DNA of 19,420 nt from a bacterium. GTDB lineage: Bacteria; Hydrothermota; Tepidihabitantia; Tepidihabitantales; Tepidihabitantaceae. A model generated the notes under the pieces. It worked only from the letters and a program-made list of their open reading frames with translations. It was not told where the DNA came from and did no database searches. Shown one piece after another: positions 1 through 7,438 of the stretch. A program made the translations under genes and the position numbers. The DNA lies in the NCBI GenBank assembly GCA_046485285.1, contig JAWOHE010000094.1:1-19420 (forward strand), given 5' to 3'. Position 1 is the first letter of the stretch. Each line of letters opens with the position of its first letter.

Positions 1-1
1 G

Positions 2-409
2 GTCTTTTCGACGATGCCGTTGGCGGCCATCAGCGAAAAGACCCCAGCCAGTCTTAGCGACGAACAGAAGGCGACCCTCAAGGACCTGCTGGGCCGAGTG
101 GACGACATGATCCGCAAGCAGCAGGCCGCCCGCGAGGCCCTCGCCGATGCCGAAAAGGCGCTGGCCGGCAATGACTTCCAGACCGCCAAGAGCAAGCTCA
201 CGCTCGCGGCCGCCTGCGAGCAGTTGCCCAAGGCCGAGCGAGACAAGGCCGCCCAGCAGTTGACTGTGGTGGACGAGAAGATCAAGATCGCCTCGACGCC
301 CAAGCCGCCGGCCGAGCTGCCCGTCGAGCCCAAGCCTGTTGCTGAACTCGGTCCGACAGGTCGCATACCCGTTTCTCCAACCTGCTTCGGGAGAGGCATA
401 GTCCCCTGA
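2..409 (+). CDS. Hypothetical alpha-helical protein, probably 5'-partial and possibly truncated near nt 335-350
   Basis: Frame is open from the window edge (first ATG at 14). Codons are strongly GC3 and Ala/Glu/Lys/Gln-rich up to ~333, with a PKPPAELPVEPKPVAEL linker. The last ~20 codons look non-coding. Confidence 0.55.
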   Translation, partial: VFSTMPLAAISEKTPASLSDEQKATLKDLLGRVDDMIRKQQAAREALADAEKALAGNDFQTAKSKLTLAAACEQLPKAERDKAAQQLTVVDEKIKIASTPKPPAELPVEPKPVAELGPTGRIPVSPTCFGRGIVP

Positions 410-422
410 CCCCCTCTGTCAA
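395..422 (-). promoter_or_regulatory. Candidate sigma70 promoter TTGACA-N16-TATGCC, pointing left
   Basis: Perfect -35 at 422-417 and imperfect -10 at 400-395, followed by GGAG and an ATG at 366. Confidence 0.35.
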
Positions 423-666
423 GGGCGAATTGACGGCCGGCTGCCGCCAGTGACTCTCCACACCGTCGGCCGACCCGGGAGGGGAACGGGCCTGCTCGAC
501 CAGCACCAGCCTTGCCGACTCGCCGGTGTCCTGCCCCCGCGCCGCCACTGCGGCCGGTCCAGGAAGTGCAGTGCCCGGTGCGGTGCCCGGGCCTGCGCGA
601 AACAGCCCGGGACGACCCGCGGTCACCGAGGCCCGACGCGCACCGGCCGCCCGGCCGGTAGCCGGG

Positions 667-3528
667 CTATTCGGACCCGAGCGCCTTGCGGTAGGCCGCG
701 AGCACGAAGCGGTTGGTCTCGACTGCCCGGGCGGCCTCGAGTTCGCGCCGAAGCGGCTCGTCGAGCATCGTCGCCAGCCCCCCGACCGCGGCCAGTCGCA
801 GGAACGGCGCCTCGTCCCCGAGCCGCGCGACGAAGACGCGGCGGAGACGGACCCGGAGTTCGAGGTCGGCGACCGTGTCGAGCTCAGGGACGAGCCCGGC
901 GAGCACGCGCAGGACGTGGCCGGTTGCCGGCGGGCGGCCGCCATCGACGGCCGCGAGCAGCGGCTCGACCGCCGGGCGGCCGACCTTCCCGAGCGCGTCC
1001 TCGGCCGCGCTCCGAACCGTGAACAGCCGGTCAGCGAGCGCCCGGATGAGTTCGGGGATTGCCGACCGGGCCTTGAGCTTGCCCAGCGCCTCGCAGGTCA
1101 CGATCCGCGAGGGCTCGTAGTCGTCGCGCAGGAGAAAGAGAATCCGGGGCGCGACCGCGGAGTCGCCGATGTCGCCGAGCGCGGATACGACCCGGCGCGG
1201 GCTCGCGCGCTTGTCCCGGAGGGCGACGAGCAGCGAGTCGGTCGCGTCGCGCGCCTTGTCTTTGAGCTGGCCGAGCCAGTAGGCCGCGTTGTTCCGGGCC
1301 AGCGGCCGGCCGTCGCGCAGGAGCCGGAAGAGATGAGGCTTGGCGGTATCCGGGTGCTCCTGCACGAGAAGCTCGACGGCGCGCGACTCGAGCCCGTCCT
1401 TGGTGTCGGCCTTGTGCTCCGCGACCCACTCGATGGCGCGGCCGCCGAGCGCGTGGAGCCGTGCCCGGGCCTGCTTGACCCTGGCCCGGGCGTTACCGAC
1501 CTCCCAGGTCGAGGCGTACTTGAACAGCGAGTCCAGCGACTGGTCGAGGCTGTCGGATTCCAGGGCAAGCGTGTCGCCTTCGTCCGACTCGTCACCGGGG
1601 ACGGGCTCGCTGCCGATATCCTGGCCCGCGCCCAGGGTGCCGTTGGTCCAGGATGTGAAATCCGCTCCGGCGCTGCCTGCGGTGTAGTGGTCGCGGCCGG
1701 CGAGGTCGAGGAAGTTCCCGATGCTCGCGAACCCGCGCGCCGGCCGCCCGCCGGCCAGAGACAGCGGTTCGGTCGACGAGTAGACGTCGTTGCCGGTAGC
1801 GTCGACGAGCAGGCCGACCGAGTTGGTCAGCGCGTAGCCCTGCCCGCCCGAGGCGTGGTAGACGTCGTTGCCACCGCGGTCGAGGAGCACGCCGACCGAG
1901 AAGTCGTGGCCGACGCCCTGGCTCGGCCCGAGCCGCGAGTAGTAGCTGTCGTTGCCGTCATTGTCGACGAGGCAGCCGACCGCGAGGTGGATGCCCGCGC
2001 CCTGCGAGTACTGGGCCGCGAGGTAGTGGTCGTAGCCCGAGCCGTCCCAGAGCACGCCGAGCGCATACCAGTAGCTCGTGCCCTGGGCATAGACCTCGGC
2101 GTTGTAGAAGTCGTTGCCCTCGACGTCGCAGAGGAAGCCGATGCCGCCCGACGCGTCCGGCCGCCAGCCGATCGAGAAACCCTGCGCGAAGCTCTGGTAT
2201 TCCTTTGGCAACAGCGGCTCGTGCTTGTGAACGCCGCCCGCGTAGTAGAGGTCATTGCCGGCCTCTTCGAGCAGGAGGCCGTAGCCCCAGACCGAGGCGA
2301 AAGCCTGGGCGTGATAGACCGCGCGGTAGGTGTCGTTGCCCCGCGCGTCGGCGACGATGCCGACCCCGACCATCCCCGCGCCCTGGCCGAACGAGCCTGC
2401 CTCGTAGACGTCCCGGCCCGCGCGGTCGCAGAGGATTCCGGTGCCGCACACCGCCGCGCCCTGGCTGTGGTCGGCCGCCCGGTAGACATCGTCGCCCTCC
2501 CGGTCGATGAGCACGCCGGCGCCGAACAACGCCGCGCCCTGGCTGAACGACCGGTCAGACCGGTACAGGTCATCACCCGCGAGGTCAAGCACGACGGCGA
2601 ACGGCCGGCCGATGATGCCGACCGTGCCGCCCGCCCGGCCGCTGTACCGGTCGTCGCCGCCCGGCTCGATGATCAGGCAGAAGTCGGCGTGGTAGTGGTT
2701 GTCGCTCGCGCTGCCGACCACGACCGCACCGAACTCGGTCTCGGCCGCGAAGTGCACCAACCCCTCGACGCCCGGGACCCCGGCCGGCCCGCCCTCGGTG
2801 AGGAACACCGGCGGGGCGTCCGCGAGCAGCGCCTCGGCGTCGCGGGCCGCCATCGCCACTACGAGACCTGCGAGCGCGAGTTCGCGCCGGTCGAGCCTGC
2901 GGAGGATGGCGAGCACCGTCTCCGCCTTGACCTCGAGCGTGGTGTCGTACTCGAGACCGGACTCGCGCTGGAGCTCGCCCTGACGCTTCGCTCGGGTCGA
3001 GTCCTCCGGGGTCCAGAACCCGGTCGCTTCGCCGACGAGGAGGCCCAACTCTCGGCTCGTGAGCCTGCCGGTCGCCCGTTCGAGGTGGCGTCGGCCCAGC
3101 CGGAAACCGGCCAGCGCGGTGTTCACCGCCCGCGCGACCGACGCCGGCAGGGCCTCACTGCCCGGGAGCGCGTTCCCGGCCTCGGCCGCGAGCGCGCGGC
3201 GCAGGCCGACTGTGTCACGCGGCCGGATCCCGGCATCGGTTTCCTGCCAGGCCAGGAACGCAAGCGCCAGCGGGTCGGCGGCCCGCTCCTGGAACCGGGA
3301 CGCGAACGAGTCCGCGTAGCCGGCGACCTCGAGCGGGTTGTCGAGCAGGTGGTCAATCGCCTTCAGCCTGAAGAAGCTGTCAACCGCCCACTGCTTGAAG
3401 AAGCCCAGCTCCGGGGCGGTGACACCGAGCGCGTCGAAACCGGCGTCAAGCGACCCGCGGGTTCGGCTATCAAGCCCCGGCCCGGCAACGAGCAGGACCG
3501 GCACCAGCAGCAACGCGGCCGCCCGCAT
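667..3528 (-). CDS. Secreted protein with ~12 (D/E)xxG(N/D)DxY...(S)QG repeats and C-terminal HEAT repeats
   Basis: 953-aa ORF with hydrophobic N-terminus (MRAAALLLVPVLLVAG). Repeats include DLAGDDLY, DREGDDVY, DARGNDTY, DVEGNDFY, DRGGNDVY. HEAT-like units include ARNNAAYWLGQL, SRIVTCEALGKLKARSAIPELIRAL, VRSAAEDALGKVG. Confidence 0.85.
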   Translation of the reverse strand: MRAAALLLVPVLLVAGPGLDSRTRGSLDAGFDALGVTAPELGFFKQWAVDSFFRLKAIDHLLDNPLEVAGYADSFASRFQERAADPLALAFLAWQETDAGIRPRDTVGLRRALAAEAGNALPGSEALPASVARAVNTALAGFRLGRRHLERATGRLTSRELGLLVGEATGFWTPEDSTRAKRQGELQRESGLEYDTTLEVKAETVLAILRRLDRRELALAGLVVAMAARDAEALLADAPPVFLTEGGPAGVPGVEGLVHFAAETEFGAVVVGSASDNHYHADFCLIIEPGGDDRYSGRAGGTVGIIGRPFAVVLDLAGDDLYRSDRSFSQGAALFGAGVLIDREGDDVYRAADHSQGAAVCGTGILCDRAGRDVYEAGSFGQGAGMVGVGIVADARGNDTYRAVYHAQAFASVWGYGLLLEEAGNDLYYAGGVHKHEPLLPKEYQSFAQGFSIGWRPDASGGIGFLCDVEGNDFYNAEVYAQGTSYWYALGVLWDGSGYDHYLAAQYSQGAGIHLAVGCLVDNDGNDSYYSRLGPSQGVGHDFSVGVLLDRGGNDVYHASGGQGYALTNSVGLLVDATGNDVYSSTEPLSLAGGRPARGFASIGNFLDLAGRDHYTAGSAGADFTSWTNGTLGAGQDIGSEPVPGDESDEGDTLALESDSLDQSLDSLFKYASTWEVGNARARVKQARARLHALGGRAIEWVAEHKADTKDGLESRAVELLVQEHPDTAKPHLFRLLRDGRPLARNNAAYWLGQLKDKARDATDSLLVALRDKRASPRRVVSALGDIGDSAVAPRILFLLRDDYEPSRIVTCEALGKLKARSAIPELIRALADRLFTVRSAAEDALGKVGRPAVEPLLAAVDGGRPPATGHVLRVLAGLVPELDTVADLELRVRLRRVFVARLGDEAPFLRLAAVGGLATMLDEPLRRELEAARAVETNRFVLAAYRKALGSE

Positions 3529-3530
3529 CG

Positions 3531-5441
3531 TCAGTCCTTCTCCGGCCCGCTGACCTCGACGCCCATTCCCTGGACCGCCCGGCGTATTTCGTCAACCGAG
3601 GCGCCATCCTCAAGCGTCGAGAGGTTGCCGAGCCCGGCGCCCTCGACCAGGCCCTTGAGCACCCTGCGCATCACCTTGCCCGAGCGGGTCTTGGGCAGCA
3701 TCCGGACGAACTGGACGTCGCGCGGAGTGGCCACCGGGCCGATCTTCTCGCGGACGAGGTTGATGACCGACTTCCGGGTCGCCTCGCTCGCCTCCTCGCC
3801 CTGCTTCAGGACCGCGAAAGCGACCACCGCCTGTCCCTTGAGCTCGTCGGCGACCCCGATCGCGCTCGCCTCGGCGACCGCCGGGTGGCTGGAGATCACC
3901 TCCTCGACCTCGCGGGTGCCCAGCCGATGGCCGGCGATGTTGATGACCTCGTCCGCCCGGCCCAGCACCCAGAAGTAGCCGTCCTCGTCCTCGACCGCGA
4001 AGTCGCCGGTGTAGAACAGCGTCCGGCCCGGGAAGTGCCGCCAGTAGGTCTCGAGGTAGCGCTCGTCGTCACCCCAGATGCCGAGGAAGGTCCCGGGCGG
4101 CAGCGGCGGCCGGGCAACCAGCAGTCCGCGCCGTCCGCGTGGCATCTCCTCGCCCTTCTCGTTGACGACAATCAGGTCCCAGCCGTAGACCGGCTTCGTC
4201 GGCGAGCCGGGCTTGAACTTGAGCATCTCGATACCGGGCATGTTCGAGAGCATCGGCCAGCCGCTCTCGGTCTGCCAGTAGTGGTCGATTACCGGCTTCC
4301 CGAGCGCCTCGCCGGCCCAGCGCCAGGTTGGCTCGTCGAGCGGCTCGCCGGCAAGGAAGATGCTGCGCAGCGACGAGAGATCGTGCTTCTCGAACCATTC
4401 GGCCGGAAACTTCCGGAGCATCCGCATCGCGGTCGGTGACGAGAACATCACGTTGACCTTGTGCTTCTCGACAACCTGCCACCAGATACCCGGGTCCGGG
4501 TAGTCGGGCGTGCCCTCGTACACGACGGTCGAAAGCCCGGCCAGCAGCGGGCCGTAGACCACGTAGCTGTGGCCGACCGTCCAGCCGAAGTCCGAGGTCG
4601 CCCAGAAGACGTCGCCCTCGCGACAGCCGTAGATGAGCGACATCGAGGCGTGGAGCGCGGTCATGTGCGCGCCGGTGTCCCGGACGACCGCCTTCGGCTT
4701 GCCGGTGGTGCCCGACGTGTAGAGCAGGTAGAGCGGGTGGTTCGCCTCGAGCGGCTCCGGCTCGACCTCCTCGCCGGCGTGCCGGCGCGCGAGGTCGGAC
4801 CAGGAGAGGTCGCGGCCCGCGACCGGCTTCCACGGTGCGATGCCCCGGTCAAGAACGATAACCTTCTCGACCTTGTTCTTCGCCGCGGCAAGCGCCCGGT
4901 CCATCAGGCCCTTTAGCTCGACCGTCTTCCCCTTGCGCTTGCCGGCGTCGGCGCAGATCGCCAGCTTGACCCCGGCGTCGTCGATGCGCTCGGCGAGCGC
5001 CTCGTAGCTGAACCCGGCAAAGACCACCGAGTGCACCGCGCCCAGCCGGGCGCAGGCATACATCGCCACCATCGTCTCCGGCACCATCGGCAGGTAGATG
5101 AGCACCCGGTCGCCCTTGCCGACGCCGAGCGAGCGGAGCGCGGCCGCGAAGGCGTTGACCTCGGCGAGCAGCTCCGCGTAGCTGACGACCCGGCTGAGCC
5201 CGGTCTCCGGGCTCTCCCATATCAACGCCGTGCGCCCGCCGCGGCCGGCAGCGACGTGGCGATCGAGCGCGTTGAAAGCGACGTTCGTCAGCCCGCCCCC
5301 AAAATACCGATAGAACGGCTCGCGCGAGCTGTCGAGGAACCGGCTCCAACGGCGGTGCCAGTGAAGCCGGCCCGCCTCCTTCGTCCAGAAATCCTCGGCC
5401 CGGGCCAGCGAATGTTCCATCACCTGCTCGTACCTGCCCAT
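3531..5441 (-). CDS. prpE: Propionate/acetate--CoA ligase (AMP-forming), PrpE-like
   Basis: AMP-binding loop YTSGTTGKPK, SDFGWTVGHSYVVYGPL, PrpE-like FLAGEPLDEPT...VIDHYWQTESGWPM and LPKTRSGK. AAGGAGG lies 8 nt before the ATG at 5441. Substrate preference is inferred. Confidence 0.85.
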   Translation of the reverse strand: MGRYEQVMEHSLARAEDFWTKEAGRLHWHRRWSRFLDSSREPFYRYFGGGLTNVAFNALDRHVAAGRGGRTALIWESPETGLSRVVSYAELLAEVNAFAAALRSLGVGKGDRVLIYLPMVPETMVAMYACARLGAVHSVVFAGFSYEALAERIDDAGVKLAICADAGKRKGKTVELKGLMDRALAAAKNKVEKVIVLDRGIAPWKPVAGRDLSWSDLARRHAGEEVEPEPLEANHPLYLLYTSGTTGKPKAVVRDTGAHMTALHASMSLIYGCREGDVFWATSDFGWTVGHSYVVYGPLLAGLSTVVYEGTPDYPDPGIWWQVVEKHKVNVMFSSPTAMRMLRKFPAEWFEKHDLSSLRSIFLAGEPLDEPTWRWAGEALGKPVIDHYWQTESGWPMLSNMPGIEMLKFKPGSPTKPVYGWDLIVVNEKGEEMPRGRRGLLVARPPLPPGTFLGIWGDDERYLETYWRHFPGRTLFYTGDFAVEDEDGYFWVLGRADEVINIAGHRLGTREVEEVISSHPAVAEASAIGVADELKGQAVVAFAVLKQGEEASEATRKSVINLVREKIGPVATPRDVQFVRMLPKTRSGKVMRRVLKGLVEGAGLGNLSTLEDGASVDEIRRAVQGMGVEVSGPEKD

Positions 5442-5488
5442 CGGCAATTCCTCCTTGAGGTTGGGTCCGGATGGCCACGAAGGCCGGG

Positions 5489-7438
5489 TTACAGCGGCTC
5501 GATCAACAACAGCGGCTGGCCGTACTCGACCGACTCGCCGTCGTCAACGAGGATGTCAACGACCCGGCACCGCTTCTCGGCCTGGATCTCGTTCATCAGC
5601 TTCATCGCCTCGACGATGCAGAGCGTCTGGCCGGGCTCGACCTCGTCGCCCTTCTCGGCGAACAACGGCGCGTCGGGCCGGGGGCGGGCGAAGAAGGTGC
5701 CAACCATCGGCGAGGTGACTTCCTCGACATTCGCCGGCGCGGGAGCGGCCGGAGCCGGCTCCGCCGGCTTCGTCCCGGCCGCCGGCACTGGCTCAGCCGC
5801 CGGGACGGGTTCGGCCCGGGCCTGGCTGCGGGAAGGCGGGACCGAAACCGGGGGCGGCACGGCCGACGGCGGCGGTGCGGATACGGGTGCGTCGCCGAGT
5901 ACAGAACCGCGCCGGATGCGCATCTTGTCCTTCTTATGCTCCCACTCGAGCTCGGTGATGCCGTGACAGGACACGAGTTCGATCAGCTCGCGCACAGTCC
6001 AGACCCCGATCTCGTCCGGGTTGACCGGGACGGACGCGGGTGCGGCCAGGGACGGCCTGGGCTCGGGCTTCTTCGGCTCCGGCGCGGACGGCGCGGCCGC
6101 AGTCGGGTTCCTGCGCCACTCAAAGAACTTGAGTGAAACCTCGGGGAACAGCGCATACGAGACGTAGTCCTCGTCCTTCTGGACGAGGTCCTTCGACAGC
6201 TCCTTGCGCACCCTGGGCATCATCGGCTCGAGCCGGTCCGCCGGCCTGCCCTTGATCGGCTTGTCCTGCCCGAGGATCTTCGCGGCGACCGCCTCGCGGA
6301 CCGGCGCCGGCGAGCGGCCGTAGAGACCCTTCACATAGTCCTTGACTTCCTTGGGTATCAGCTTGTAGCGCTCCCCGGCGAGGACGTTCATCACCGCCTG
6401 GACCCCGACGATCTGGCTCGTCGGCGTGACCAGCGGCGGGTAACCGAGGTCCTCGCGGACCCGCGGCACCTCCTCGAGCACCTCGGCCAGCCGGTCCTCG
6501 GCCTTCTGCTCGCGGAGCTGGGAAAGGAGGTTCGAGGCCATCCCGCCCGGAACCTGGTGGGTGATGACCATCGTATCGACCGCCTTGTTGCCCGGGATGC
6601 AGCGACCGGACTCGACCGCCGCGAAATGTCGCTCGACCGACTCCATCGCCCGGAGGTCAAGTCCCGGGTCGCGCTCGGTGCCGGCGAAGACCGCGACCAG
6701 CGTCTCGGCCGCGGGCTGGCTGGTCGAGAACGACAGCGGCGCGGTGGCGGTGTCAATGACATCGGCGCCGGCCTCGGCCGCCCTGAGATAGCTCGCGACC
6801 GCCATCCCGCTCGAGGCGTGGCAGTGAACCTGCACCTCGAGCCCGAGCTCGGCCTTGAGCGCCGTGACGAGCTCGAAGGCCCTCTCCGGGGCCAGTATCC
6901 CGGCCATGTCCTTGATGCATATCGAGTCGATGCCGCAGTCGCGCTGTTCCTTCGCCCGGGCGACGTAGTAATCGAGGGTGTGAATCGGGCTGATGGCGTA
7001 GCACAGTGTGCCTTGGGCATGCCTGCCCGCGGCCTTTACGAACTCGATTGCCTTCTCGAGGTTGCGGACGTCGTTGAGTGCGTCGAAGATCCGGAAGATG
7101 TCGATGCCGCGCTCGGCCGCGTGGCCGACGAACGCCTCGAGCACGTCGTCCGGGTAGTTGCGGTAGCCGACGACGTTCTGCCCGCGGAGCAGCATCTGCA
7201 GTTTCGTGTTGGCAACCTGCCGCCGGATTTCGCTCAGCCGGTCCCATGGGTCCTCGTTCAGGAACCGCAGGCAGACGTCGAAAGTCGCGCCGCCCCAGAC
7301 TTCGAGCGACCAGTAGCCGACCCGGTCGATGTGCTCGAACACCGGCCGCATGTCCTCGATCCGCATCCGGGTCGCCCAGAGTGACTGGTGGGCGTCACGC
7401 AGGGTAGTGTCAGTGAACTTGATTGGGTTCTTCGCCAT
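5489..7438 (-). CDS. Pyruvate carboxylase B / oxaloacetate decarboxylase alpha-type carboxyltransferase fused to an AccB-type biotin carboxyl carrier
   Basis: Carboxyltransferase motifs DTTLRDAHQSL, EVWGGATFD, LRGQNVVGYRNYPDD, IKDMAG, HCH, HQVPGGM, GYPPLVTPTSQIVG. C-terminus has SPMVGTFF...GQTLCIVEAMKLMNEI with the biotinyl Lys codon at 5602-5600. Confidence 0.9.
   Translation of the reverse strand: MAKNPIKFTDTTLRDAHQSLWATRMRIEDMRPVFEHIDRVGYWSLEVWGGATFDVCLRFLNEDPWDRLSEIRRQVANTKLQMLLRGQNVVGYRNYPDDVLEAFVGHAAERGIDIFRIFDALNDVRNLEKAIEFVKAAGRHAQGTLCYAISPIHTLDYYVARAKEQRDCGIDSICIKDMAGILAPERAFELVTALKAELGLEVQVHCHASSGMAVASYLRAAEAGADVIDTATAPLSFSTSQPAAETLVAVFAGTERDPGLDLRAMESVERHFAAVESGRCIPGNKAVDTMVITHQVPGGMASNLLSQLREQKAEDRLAEVLEEVPRVREDLGYPPLVTPTSQIVGVQAVMNVLAGERYKLIPKEVKDYVKGLYGRSPAPVREAVAAKILGQDKPIKGRPADRLEPMMPRVRKELSKDLVQKDEDYVSYALFPEVSLKFFEWRRNPTAAAPSAPEPKKPEPRPSLAAPASVPVNPDEIGVWTVRELIELVSCHGITELEWEHKKDKMRIRRGSVLGDAPVSAPPPSAVPPPVSVPPSRSQARAEPVPAAEPVPAAGTKPAEPAPAAPAPANVEEVTSPMVGTFFARPRPDAPLFAEKGDEVEPGQTLCIVEAMKLMNEIQAEKRCRVVDILVDDGESVEYGQPLLLIEPL

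Noticed and set aside
526-3978. 1150-aa + strand ORF and other long opposite-strand ORFs (7482-8834, 8768-10285, 13002-14228, 18091-19143)
   Set aside because: Antisense shadows of well-supported genes in GC-rich DNA, with no motifs or RBS.
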